From a virus (Duplodnaviria > Caudoviricetes), in IMG/VR virus record IMGVR_UViG_2931680285_000001, positions 1 through 64,000 of that record: a stretch of 64,000 nucleotides of DNA. One strand, 5' to 3'. Position 1 is the first letter of the stretch. Each line of letters opens with the position of its first letter. Both the position numbers and the translations under genes were made by a program. Under the pieces are notes generated by a model. That model worked only from the letters and a program-made list of their open reading frames with translations. It made no database searches and was not told the DNA's origin. Positions 9,355 through 17,833 of the stretch are shown piece after piece.

Positions 9355-9420
9355 ACACATCCCCGGGGCCGCACCGTTGCGGCTCCGGCCGGCTCACCCA
9401 CGACCACACCGGAGAACCCT

Positions 9421-9885
9421 TTGAACGCCGCCCTCGACACCGCTTCCGTCCCGGCTGTACCCGAGCTGTTCACCCGCACCCAGGTCAGGGAAGCGATCAG
9501 CGCGGGCATCGACCTGACCACCGACGAGGCGAACCGATCCGACCGCGAGGACCGCTTCGTGTGGGCATCGGCCGCCGTGCTGGTTCTGCTCGACGAGCCC
9601 GACGCCACGTGGGCCGCCATCCGGGAGCACCGCAACGGCACCCCGGTCACCCGCGAGGACGACGACGTCGCGCAGTTCACCCGCGACCAGGTGGCCCGCG
9701 CTGTCGACGACAGCGTGCGGCTCGTTGCCGGGGCCAGCCCCCGTCGTCTGCCCGACGACATCGACGACTTGATCGTGAACGCGACGCTGACGCTCCTCGA
9801 CAACCCCCGGGCCGACTTCGAGTCGATCGCCCGCGACAACTACGCCGTGAGCCCGCGCGAACTGCGCTCCTGGCTGCACGACTGA
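9421..9885 (+). CDS. hypothetical protein made of two tandem ~65-aa repeats
   Basis: FTRTQVREAI...LVLLDEPDATWAAI vs FTRDQVARAV...LTLLDNPRADFESI; TTG start after GGAGA. Confidence 0.7.
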   Translation: MNAALDTASVPAVPELFTRTQVREAISAGIDLTTDEANRSDREDRFVWASAAVLVLLDEPDATWAAIREHRNGTPVTREDDDVAQFTRDQVARAVDDSVRLVAGASPRRLPDDIDDLIVNATLTLLDNPRADFESIARDNYAVSPRELRSWLHD

Positions 9886-9995
9886 CACCCCGATGGCCAG
9901 GCCGCACGGTGCCGCCCATCCCTCCCTCCCGCCCGGTGAACACCGGGCAGCCCACGGCGAGAGGCGACGTAAGCCGCCTCCCGCCGCTCCACTCC

Positions 9996-10031
9996 CCGGC
10001 GAGAGCAACGCCGGTCGACCCGAAGAGAAGG
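9996..10031 (+). promoter_or_regulatory. Leader hairpin copy F
   Basis: CCGGCG-AGAGCAA-CGCCGG then TCGACCCGAAGAGAAGG. Confidence 0.75.
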
Positions 10032-10037
10032 AACCCC

Positions 10038-10883
10038 ATGAGCACCGTCATCGCCCCCGGGCACGCCGGACTGGCACTCGCCCACCGAATCGTCGAGCAC
10101 CTGCCGCACCGAGACGGCCACGCCTGGACCGCCGCCGCCTACTCGGCGTGGTGGACCACCCGTCCGGCCGCGCGCCTCACGCAGACCGGCCGCACTGGGG
10201 CCGTGATCGTGGCCGTTCAGGCGTGGCGCACCGAGCTCGCCTTCCAGCTCGACGGGCGGGAGCCGTACCGCCCCGACGCGGTCACGGACCGGCTCGCCCC
10301 GCAGCCGATCGCGCGGGAGATCCTGCGCCTGGTGCTGCCGCGCCTCGACGACGCGACCGCTCTCGCCGAGGCACCCGCGCCCGCCGACGCCGCCCCTGTG
10401 CGCCTGGCCCACCTCGGACTGATCGGGGCTGCTCTGCGCGCCCACGGCGCCGAGCCGGCCGAGCGCCGGGGACCGCTGCCTCACTCCGACTCTCTGGTCT
10501 GGCGCAGCGGGAGCGGCATGGAGTACCGGGCGACGCTGGTCGGCGCGAACCCGGCCGTCGACCTCGCGCTCTCGGGCCCCGTCCGGGAGGTGGAGGCCGT
10601 GTTGCCGCTGTTCCTGGACGAGCCCGCCAAACTGCCGCGCCGCGTCCGGGGGGTGAAGACCGCCCTGGGCCGCAGGCTCGCCGCGCACCTGACGCAGTTC
10701 ACGACGGTCGACCTCCTCGACGACGGTGGGCTGAGCGTCGGCACGGCGAGCGGCCCGTTCGGATACGTCGCTCCGCCCGCCGACCCGGGCGCGCCCGTCG
10801 GCGACAGCTCGCCGGTCGCCGCCGAGCTGCACGGGGTGGGCATCGACCACCTGATCAGCCTCGCGCCGCTCTTCGCCCGCTGA
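10038..10883 (+). CDS. hypothetical protein (281 aa)
   Basis: ATG after GAAGGA, MSTVIAPGHA... Confidence 0.7.
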   Translation: MSTVIAPGHAGLALAHRIVEHLPHRDGHAWTAAAYSAWWTTRPAARLTQTGRTGAVIVAVQAWRTELAFQLDGREPYRPDAVTDRLAPQPIAREILRLVLPRLDDATALAEAPAPADAAPVRLAHLGLIGAALRAHGAEPAERRGPLPHSDSLVWRSGSGMEYRATLVGANPAVDLALSGPVREVEAVLPLFLDEPAKLPRRVRGVKTALGRRLAAHLTQFTTVDLLDDGGLSVGTASGPFGYVAPPADPGAPVGDSSPVAAELHGVGIDHLISLAPLFAR

Positions 10884-10900
10884 CCCGCTCCGCCCCTTCC

Positions 10901-10928
10901 GCGCGCCCGGCCTATCCGCCGGGCGCGC
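10901..10928 (+). terminator. GC-rich hairpin
   Basis: GCGCGCCCGGC-N6-GCCGGGCGCGC followed by TTCT. Confidence 0.55.
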
Positions 10929-11030
10929 TTCTCTGCCCTTGGCCCCACCGACTGAGGGACAGGGGCCACCCCGCCAGAACCGCGCGCACAGCGCCAGCAC
11001 ACGTCACGAGCAACGCGCTTACCTGCACAT

Positions 11031-11131
11031 TCGACTTCACGGCGACGTCTGCTGTACTATTTTCTCTGTTGGCGGAGAGCAGCCGCCGACACCGCCCGGA
11101 GAGCAACCGGGCAACCGACCCAAAGCGAAAG
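11031..11131 (+). promoter_or_regulatory. Repeated early promoter/leader, copy G (two hairpins)
   Basis: TCGACT-18-TACTAT; TGTTGGCGG-AGAGCAG-CCGCCGACA; GCCCGG-AGAGCAA-CCGGGC; CCGACCCAAAGCGAAAG. Confidence 0.85.
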
Positions 11132-11141
11132 AGCATCCTTC

Positions 11142-12488
11142 GTGTCCGAGCTGACCGCCGCCGAAGAAGACTTCCTCGACACCGTCCTCCTGGACTACCA
11201 CTACGCCGACAAGCCCATCCCCGCGGGCGTCATGGCCGAGCTGGACCAGATCGCCGCGCCCTGGCCGGGCCGCTGGCTCCTCCCCTCCAAGCCTGGCGAC
11301 CGCAAGCGCGTCATCGAGCTCTGCGCCGGCCCCGGGGGCTGGGCGGAAGGACTCAAGACCGTCCTCGGCCTCACCGCCTACGACGTCGTCGGCGTCGACA
11401 TGAGCGCGGACGCCTGCGCCACCGCCGTCGCCGCCGGGCACGTCCGAATATGCGCCGACATCACGAAGCTCGATCCCGAGCACCCCGCGCTGCGCGAGAC
11501 CGTCGGCGTCATCATCAGCCCACCGTGCCCCAGCTTCTCCACCGCCGGGAAGCGTGCCGGACTCCTCCGCAGCAACATCTGCATCCTGCGCGACGCCATC
11601 GCCGCCGTCGGCGAGGCCGGGGGCTTCATCCGTCTCGACGAGGTCTGCTGCGACGAGCTGTACCCCGACCTCGAAGACGACTGCCCGCTGTGCGCCGATT
11701 TTGGCTACCACGAGGGCTACGCCCCCCGAAACGGGCAGACCTGGGACGACGTCCGCGCCATGCTCGACGGCCTCACCGACCCGCGCATCGGCCTCATGCT
11801 CGAAGTGGTCCTCTGGCCGCTCGCCCTGCAGGCCGCTGGTGCGCCCATCGAGTGGATGGTCATGGAGCAGTCGAACAACCTGCCCGAGGAGATCCTGGAG
11901 GAGCTGAGCGTCGAGTTCGGCGGCGCCGACTGGTTCCGCACCACATGGGCCATCCTGGAGGCCGCAGACCTCGGCGTCGCCTCCCGCAGGAAGCGAGCCT
12001 TCATGATCGCCTCCCGGTACCGCTGGGTCACCCTGGAGCCGCCGAAGGAGCCCCTGCCGACCACCACGATGGCCGAAGCACTCGGGTGGGACGAGGGCGA
12101 GCGGGTGAATACGCGCGGCCAGCGGCCCGTCGACCCGGCCACGGGGCGCGCCAAGGGCGGCAACACCTACTCGGCGGACAAGCCCTCTTGGTGCCTGACG
12201 GGCAAGACCCGCACCTGGGTCCGCGAGCGGGACGGACTGCGGCTCACGCCCGCTGAGGCCGGGGTCCTCGTCTCCTTCCGGGCGTCGTACCCGTGGCAGG
12301 GCTCCCGCTCCAGCCAGTTCCAGCAATCCGGTGATGTCGTATGTCCGGCCGTCGCCGCGTATGTCCTGGGGGTGCTCCACGGCGTGGACTGGGAACGCCG
12401 GGTCCGGGACTACCTGACCGGCCTGTACCACTACGACGACCTGTGGACCGACGAACCCTGGCCCGAGGAATACGACTTGGCGGTCTGA
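11142..12488 (+). CDS. orphan DNA (cytosine-5)-methyltransferase
   Basis: Motif I ELCAGPGG, motif IV SPPCPSFS, motif VI-like MEQS, motif VIII GVASRRKRAF, motif IX/X RLTPAEA...QQSGDVV. Confidence 0.85.
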   Translation: MSELTAAEEDFLDTVLLDYHYADKPIPAGVMAELDQIAAPWPGRWLLPSKPGDRKRVIELCAGPGGWAEGLKTVLGLTAYDVVGVDMSADACATAVAAGHVRICADITKLDPEHPALRETVGVIISPPCPSFSTAGKRAGLLRSNICILRDAIAAVGEAGGFIRLDEVCCDELYPDLEDDCPLCADFGYHEGYAPRNGQTWDDVRAMLDGLTDPRIGLMLEVVLWPLALQAAGAPIEWMVMEQSNNLPEEILEELSVEFGGADWFRTTWAILEAADLGVASRRKRAFMIASRYRWVTLEPPKEPLPTTTMAEALGWDEGERVNTRGQRPVDPATGRAKGGNTYSADKPSWCLTGKTRTWVRERDGLRLTPAEAGVLVSFRASYPWQGSRSSQFQQSGDVVCPAVAAYVLGVLHGVDWERRVRDYLTGLYHYDDLWTDEPWPEEYDLAV

Positions 12489-12594
12489 CCGGCGCTCTGG
12501 CGGCCGAGGGAGGTCAACTCCCCGGCCGCCGAAGCCAATGTGCCGGTCGGAAATCCTGGGGCGTTCCATCTGCTTCACGGAGATACTTCACTCT

Positions 12595-13698
12595 GTGACC
12601 GATCCTCAGCTCTGCTGGCCTCCAACCCTGTGGCAACCGGCCAGCGCGTCCCAGCAGCTCGTCTATCTCGACCTGTGCCACTGGATCAACCTGGCAAAGG
12701 CCGCTAAGGGGCTGGCCACTGGTACGGCGCATCGCGCCGCCTTGGAGGCATGCCGTGCTGCGGTCAGGGACCAACGGAGCCTGTTTGTGCTGTCGCCCGA
12801 GCTCTACAGGGAACTCGGGCAGGTGGAGGACCCCAAGCAGCGTCAGGACGTGACCTCGGTGATGGAAGAGCTCACCGGGTACGCCACCCTCCCACCGCGC
12901 AGTGCGGTGCTGGAACGGGAGATCGACGCCGCGCTCACTTCGCTGTTCGGTCCATCCGCGATGCCTCCGGCACCGATGAGCCTGGTGGAGATCGGCTTCG
13001 GCCACGCGCTCGGCGTGCCCGGCAAGCTGTCGGTCCGCGGCCCTCGTTCCACTGCCGACCTGGAAGAGCAGATCGGTGCTGCGAAGTTCCGCGCTCTGAT
13101 GTCCGATCTCCAGGGTGAGGTCGAACGCCGGATGCTCGCCGGCCCCGACGACGACGAAGCAGCCAAGCTGGCGGCGCGGGGATACGACCCGAAGTCTCTT
13201 GAGGTCCAGCAGGAACAGCGAGCGGAATCCGAGCGCGTCCTGCAAGGCTGGCTACGGGAGAACCCCAACCGGTTCAGGCGGCAATCCGAACTTCGCAACG
13301 TCATTGCGGGTCGCGAGCTCATCGTCGGGTTCTTCGACCAGTTGCTCGCGCAGCTGATCGCTAGGGGCCTTGCCCCCGATGCCGTCGACAAGGACATCGC
13401 CACGCTGAACGCCTTCGTGCTGTCCATGCCGAGCATGCGCGTCACCACGGTGCTCAAAGCCCGGATGCACAGCAACCGTACGAAGAAGTGGCTGCCCAAC
13501 GACATCTACGACATCGACGCCATGAGCCTTGCCGTGCCCTACTGCGACATCGTGGCTCCCGACAAGGAGTACGCGAATGCCCTGCACCAGGCGCACCTGA
13601 ACACCACCATGCACACCACGGTGGTGCGGAACTTGGGTCAGCTCGCGCAGACCCTGGTTCAACCGCGCATCCCTCACAGCCGCTCGGGGCGTTCGTGA
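12595..13698 (+). CDS. hypothetical protein, PIN-like nuclease pattern
   Basis: N-terminal VYLDxxxW, ELxxE, C-terminal NDIYDIDAMSLAVPYCD; slightly lower GC. Confidence 0.6.
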   Translation: MTDPQLCWPPTLWQPASASQQLVYLDLCHWINLAKAAKGLATGTAHRAALEACRAAVRDQRSLFVLSPELYRELGQVEDPKQRQDVTSVMEELTGYATLPPRSAVLEREIDAALTSLFGPSAMPPAPMSLVEIGFGHALGVPGKLSVRGPRSTADLEEQIGAAKFRALMSDLQGEVERRMLAGPDDDEAAKLAARGYDPKSLEVQQEQRAESERVLQGWLRENPNRFRRQSELRNVIAGRELIVGFFDQLLAQLIARGLAPDAVDKDIATLNAFVLSMPSMRVTTVLKARMHSNRTKKWLPNDIYDIDAMSLAVPYCDIVAPDKEYANALHQAHLNTTMHTTVVRNLGQLAQTLVQPRIPHSRSGRS

Positions 13699-13714
13699 AT
13701 CCGCGAGCCTGAAC

Positions 13715-14041
13715 CTACCGGTCCTGCTCCTCCGCCGGGGTCGGCTTCCGATGCCGCCCTCGGCCCCTGCCCATCGCGGGCCGGTCCCACTCGGCAGGCT
13801 TCTCCTGCTCGGGCGACGGCGGGTACAACAGGGCCTGAGCGGCGGCAAGGTCCTCGACGAGGCCAACCACCGTCCATTCCGTGCCGGTCCACTCCTCGAT
13901 CGCTCGTGGCGCGCCGGGGTCGACGTGGGCCCCGCGGTGAGGCCCCTCGCCGAGCGGCACCGCGCGCCTCTTGCCCTTCGAGGCGGCCTGGCGGGCGTCG
14001 CGCCGGCGAGCCCACTCCTCCAGCGGTTCGTCATCCTGCAT
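13715..14041 (-). CDS. DUF6087-like hypothetical protein
   Basis: DDEPLEEWARRR...GAHVDPGAPRAIEEWTGTEW. Confidence 0.6.
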   Translation of the reverse strand: MQDDEPLEEWARRRDARQAASKGKRRAVPLGEGPHRGAHVDPGAPRAIEEWTGTEWTVVGLVEDLAAAQALLYPPSPEQEKPAEWDRPAMGRGRGRHRKPTPAEEQDR

Positions 14042-14262
14042 CCGAGCATCGTGGCCGAGGGACAGGCGGGGCCGCCACCCTGTCGCTCGTACGAGTGATG
14101 ACACCCGTCGGGGCGCTCGGGGGCTGTTACGCTCGGCGTGCCCTGCGGGTTCGTGGGGTGGGCCGTGCGCAGGCCCGCGTGGTCGGCTCCGCTGACGCGC
14201 TCGGACAAGGTGCTCGGCGCCAGCGCATTCAGATCCCCCCTCTGGATGCCCATGGAGCTGCC

Positions 14263-14697
14263 ATGCCCGCTGACCACGCCCGCAAGGGCCCCGTACGTCG
14301 CCGCCAGTCGGCCACCGGAGAGTCGTACACCGAAGCCGCGACGGCCCTGCGCCACTCGAACAGTCCCGCCGCCTGGGACCCATGGGTGGCACCCCGCTGC
14401 GAGGAGGCCGACCCGATCCCAGGGCACGACTCCTGGCTCTCGGGTCCCTGCCCGGCAGGGTGCCCGACCCGGGAGCGCCCGGACTACCTCGCGTACCTGG
14501 AGACCCTGCCGCCGAAGGCTCGGCTGCCGCGCCCCCTGCCCGAGCGCGAGCCGTACGTGTGTCCGGGACCGTCCTCGTGCACTGACGACTGCTGTGACTG
14601 CAACTACATCCACCTGACGGTCTGCCGGGTCTGCGAGGCCGTCTACAGCCCGGGGCTCGAACTGCCCTGCCCGAACTGCGGGCGGCGCCCGGAGTAG
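14263..14697 (+). CDS. hypothetical protein, Cys-rich C-terminus
   Basis: GGAG RBS; RRRQSATGESYTEA N-terminus; several CxxC. Confidence 0.6.
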   Translation: MPADHARKGPVRRRQSATGESYTEAATALRHSNSPAAWDPWVAPRCEEADPIPGHDSWLSGPCPAGCPTRERPDYLAYLETLPPKARLPRPLPEREPYVCPGPSSCTDDCCDCNYIHLTVCRVCEAVYSPGLELPCPNCGRRPE

Positions 14698-14863
14698 ATC
14701 TACGCCACGGGTCGGGGGCCCTGCGGGTGGCTGCGGGCGAGGGTGACCCGTTTGAGCGGAACGCACGACACTAGCGGGCGACGTCCGAATGCTGCTCCTT
14801 CGTCCCTACACCTGCCGGGGCCAGCCCTTGTGGCTGCGTGCTCGGAGACCGAACGGAGCAGCC

Positions 14864-15361
14864 ATGCACGCCGATATCGCCGCCGCCATCGACTCCTGGG
14901 AGGAGCAGTGGAACGACGCCCTGGAGGCCGCCGTCGCCGCGCTGAAGACCGCCTTCCCGCCGCTCACCGACTACCCGCGGCCGGTCAGCCACCCCATCCT
15001 GCGCCTTGAGTACGAGGAGGACGGTCGCGGTGGCTGCGTGTGCGTGGACGAGGGGCGGGCGACCATCACGCTCGACCACATCCCGAACAAGGTGATCGCT
15101 CGGGCGGTCGACGAGATCGAGTTCCCGTACCTCGACTACGCCGACGGCCCACTCGCCGAGGCGCCGCCGGGCACGTACTCGTACGACTGCGAGGCGTCCT
15201 CGTCCCTCTTCGAGTTCACCCTCGGCGACCTCGGCCACGGGAAGGTGGACGTCTGGGGGGCGACGATCCCGGATGCCGTCGCGGTCCTGGACGCGGTCAA
15301 CCGGGCCCTGGAGGAACACGACGGTACGCCCTCGAAGCCCGGCGAGGAGCCCGAGACGTAA
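14864..15361 (+). CDS. acidic hypothetical protein (165 aa)
   Basis: GGAG RBS, MHADIAAAID..., strong GC3 bias. Confidence 0.7.
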   Translation: MHADIAAAIDSWEEQWNDALEAAVAALKTAFPPLTDYPRPVSHPILRLEYEEDGRGGCVCVDEGRATITLDHIPNKVIARAVDEIEFPYLDYADGPLAEAPPGTYSYDCEASSSLFEFTLGDLGHGKVDVWGATIPDAVAVLDAVNRALEEHDGTPSKPGEEPET

Positions 15362-15382
15362 GGCACGGCCGCCTTCCACTCT
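15354..15382 (+). promoter_or_regulatory. Putative late promoter upstream of HNH operon
   Basis: AGACGTAA-N15-CACTCT. Confidence 0.5.
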
Positions 15383-15455
15383 CCTGCCGCTCGCCCCGCC
15401 GGCTTCGCTCGGGCCGCACCCGCGGCCCGGCGGCGGGGCAGGACGGAGACCGATC

Positions 15456-15809
15456 GTGGCTCGACGGCGAACCGGACCGACGGACGAGGTCAAGGACCTC
15501 GTCCATCAGCGTGACGGCGGGCGGTGCGTGCGGTGCGAGCGGGCGTACGGGCTGACGATCCACCACCGGGTGAACCGCGGTATGGGCGGAGCTCGGGAGG
15601 GCTGGGTGAACGAGCCGCAGAACCTTCTCCTGGTGTGCACCTTGTGTAACGGGTGGTTCGAGGACCATCCGCAGCAGGCGTACGACGCGGGCTGGAAGGT
15701 GCGCCGGCCGCAGCGCCCTCAAGACGTTGAGGTCCTGTACGGCGGCGGGGGCGTCTACCGGCTGGCGGCGGACGGCGCGCGGTCCCTGGTGCGGGTGGCG
15801 GGCCGATGA
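15456..15809 (+). CDS. HNH endonuclease
   Basis: RDGGRCVRC...IHHRVNRGMGG...NLLLVCTLCN; GGAGA RBS before GTG. Confidence 0.8.
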   Translation: MARRRTGPTDEVKDLVHQRDGGRCVRCERAYGLTIHHRVNRGMGGAREGWVNEPQNLLLVCTLCNGWFEDHPQQAYDAGWKVRRPQRPQDVEVLYGGGGVYRLAADGARSLVRVAGR

Positions 15810-16096
15810 CGGAGGCGTCGTGGCTGCTCCCGCCGGTGTGGCATCGGTGGGGGCGCTGGGCAGTGAGCCGGTCGGGCGGCGAGGACTCGGGGACGCTGTT
15901 CTCGATCGGGTCTGTGCGTCGGTTCGGCGCGGCCTCGTACGAGCCGTGCGGGATGACGGTGAGCGTGGGGCGAAGGTCCTGGTCTGTGTTCGCCGTCTGT
16001 TCTCGGGCGGCGTACAGGGCGGGCGCGCCGTGGCGGCCGGAGAGCGAGGAGTTCAAGCCGCTGCGTCGTGCTGGGTACCTGGGGTGGTGGCGGTGA
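15806..16096 (+). CDS. hypothetical protein (96 aa)
   Basis: ATGA overlap with HNH gene. Confidence 0.5.
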   Translation: MTEASWLLPPVWHRWGRWAVSRSGGEDSGTLFSIGSVRRFGAASYEPCGMTVSVGRRSWSVFAVCSRAAYRAGAPWRPESEEFKPLRRAGYLGWWR

Positions 16097-16278
16097 TCCG
16101 GCTGCTCGGTCTCGGGCGGCTCAGGGGCACGGGCGGGCTGAGGGTGGGCCGGTTCGCGTTCACCGAGGAGTCGGGGCAGCCGAAGGGAAATACGGCAGGG
16201 GACGTCACCGGTCGAATGCTGCTGGTCGGAAGCCTCGGGTTTGCGGTGCTCAAGAGGAGCAAGCCACGGCCGCGGTGA
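16093..16278 (+). CDS. hypothetical protein (61 aa)
   Basis: GTGA overlap with upstream gene. Confidence 0.4.
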   Translation: MIRLLGLGRLRGTGGLRVGRFAFTEESGQPKGNTAGDVTGRMLLVGSLGFAVLKRSKPRPR

Positions 16279-16380
16279 CACCTCCACGCCGTGGGCTGTA
16301 CTATTTCCGTGTTCACTCGGCATGGGGTTGCCCCAGCCGTCGCCGGCACCGGCCCGGTGCCACATACGACGGAGGCCAAG

Positions 16381-17040
16381 ATGACCGACCACTCGCTCGG
16401 AACTGCCGACGGCTCGACCCCCCGTGTCGAGCCGCAGAGGTCCCAGAAGGGTGTTCACCACCTGCTGCGCATCCCCGACCACGCCAAGCTCCGTGCCGAT
16501 GCTGAGCTGGCCGTCAAGGAAGAGCTCGGGGAACTGGCTCGCACCGATGACCGGTTCAAGAGGGCCATGGACATCGTGCAGCAGGCCGACCTGGAGATCA
16601 CCGCGTACTCCGAGGAGCGCAACCAGGCAGCGCTGTCGCTGTTCTTCTACGACGGGGTCCGCGGCCTTGGCCGTGTCCTCGGCATGCTCCCCAACGCGTT
16701 CCGGCAGATGCGCACCCTCGCCCTGTACGGCAAGCGGACGGCCCCGCTGACCGCCGACGACGACGAGCGGATGTCCGCGGAGGAGCGTCGCGCGGCGGCA
16801 AAGAAGGCCGGCCTGCCGTACGTCGAGGGCGCGGCCGATCGGCTGCCGGACCTGTCCGAGACGGTGTCCGTGGCGACCGCCCGCAGGAAGGCCGCTCTGC
16901 CGTTCCTGCGGAAGGCGGCGCTTGCGCTCACGGAGGAGCCGTACTCCTGGCCCACTAGCAAGATCGCCGAGCTCGGAGGCGTCACGCCGAAGTACGTCCG
17001 CGACTTGAAGAACGCGGCGTCCAAGGCACGCACCCGCTGA
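16381..17040 (+). CDS. putative DNA-binding protein with HTH-like segments
   Basis: GGAGG RBS; GVRGLGRVLGM and WPTSKIAELGGVTPKYVRDL; upstream GCTGTACTATTT (16295-16306) matches early -10 element. Confidence 0.65.
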   Translation: MTDHSLGTADGSTPRVEPQRSQKGVHHLLRIPDHAKLRADAELAVKEELGELARTDDRFKRAMDIVQQADLEITAYSEERNQAALSLFFYDGVRGLGRVLGMLPNAFRQMRTLALYGKRTAPLTADDDERMSAEERRAAAKKAGLPYVEGAADRLPDLSETVSVATARRKAALPFLRKAALALTEEPYSWPTSKIAELGGVTPKYVRDLKNAASKARTR

Positions 17041-17072
17041 CCCGCGCTTCCCTGCCCGGCCCCGAAGCACCA

Positions 17073-17235
17073 CCGGGGCCGGGTTTTCAGTCTCCGGTGA
17101 CCGGGGCCTGAATTTCCGGCGCCGGTGAAACCGGACTCCGGCGGACCGGCTTCCGGTAGGTCAGGCGCCTTTAGTACCAACATCAAGTACCCCCATTAAG
17201 TAGTTACGGTGCCTTCGCTTCGCTCAGACACCGTC
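17073..17235 (+). repeat. 15-bp periodic CCGG-initiated repeats followed by an AT-rich tract (iteron/origin-like)
   Basis: CCGGGGCCTGAATTT / CCGGCGCCGGTGAAA / CCGGACTCCGGCGGA / CCGGCTTCCGGTAGG at 17101-17160, related unit at 17073, then TTTAGTACCAACATCAAGTACCCCCATTAAGTAGTTAC. Confidence 0.55.
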
Positions 17236-17321
17236 GGCATCCGGGAGGGATTAGGGTCAGCCGCATCGAGGCGCCTGGGCGGCGGCTGTCACAGAATCGA
17301 GCGGGTGACGTTCCACGAGGC

Positions 17322-17573
17322 ATGACGACTTCGATGCCGCCGCTGACCCTCGCCCGCCACTACTACGAGACCCGCCGGGAGGTGCTGGGCTCGGCCGGGC
17401 TCCGGACGAAGCCCTGGTTCCGGCTCACCGACGACGAGCGGGCCGTCGCCGTGGCGGAGGCGTCCCTGATCACCGAGGCGCTGCACCGTGCCGAGAAGGA
17501 GCGGCGGATGCTCCAGGACCTCGCCGGGACACTGTCGGCGCCGCGCCGGGTACGCCTCCTGCCTCTGGTGTAG
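17322..17573 (+). CDS. hypothetical protein (83 aa)
   Basis: GC3-rich ORF upstream of terminase. Confidence 0.6.
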   Translation: MTTSMPPLTLARHYYETRREVLGSAGLRTKPWFRLTDDERAVAVAEASLITEALHRAEKERRMLQDLAGTLSAPRRVRLLPLV

Positions 17574-17797
17574 CTCGGGCCGTGGTCGGCCGCCCGCCTG
17601 CGGCGGGGTGTAACAGGATTCGCCGCGCAACGTACTAGAGGGTGCCGAGGTCCTGCGCCCCCAGCCCATTCCCCCCGGAGGGGCGCGGGGCCTCGTGCGT
17701 GAAGACTTCCGGTGTCGCGTACAGGGCGCGGTTCGTAGTCACCGCCGGAAGCGCGTGGTCTGGCCGGGTGTCTGGGCATGGGCCCTCGGCCAGACCG

Positions 17798-17826
17798 CGA
17801 CGTAAGAACTGCCCGGACGGCACCTT
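17798..17826 (+). promoter_or_regulatory. Putative late promoter (leaderless terminase)
   Basis: CGACGTAA-N15-CACCTT, 7 nt before ATG 17834. Confidence 0.6.
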
Positions 17827-17833
17827 CCCGATC

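Noticed and set aside
991-11131. Repeats as a CRISPR array or integron attC sites
   Set aside because: Irregular kb-scale spacing, both orientations, contain promoter and RBS; no cas or integrase gene
9893-12256. 787-aa Arg/Pro-rich plus-strand ORF
   Set aside because: Off-frame shadow of 10038-10883 and the methyltransferase; crosses promoter elements
17642-17833. Upstream extension of terminase ORF
   Set aside because: Poor codon bias; promoter motif points to ATG 17834
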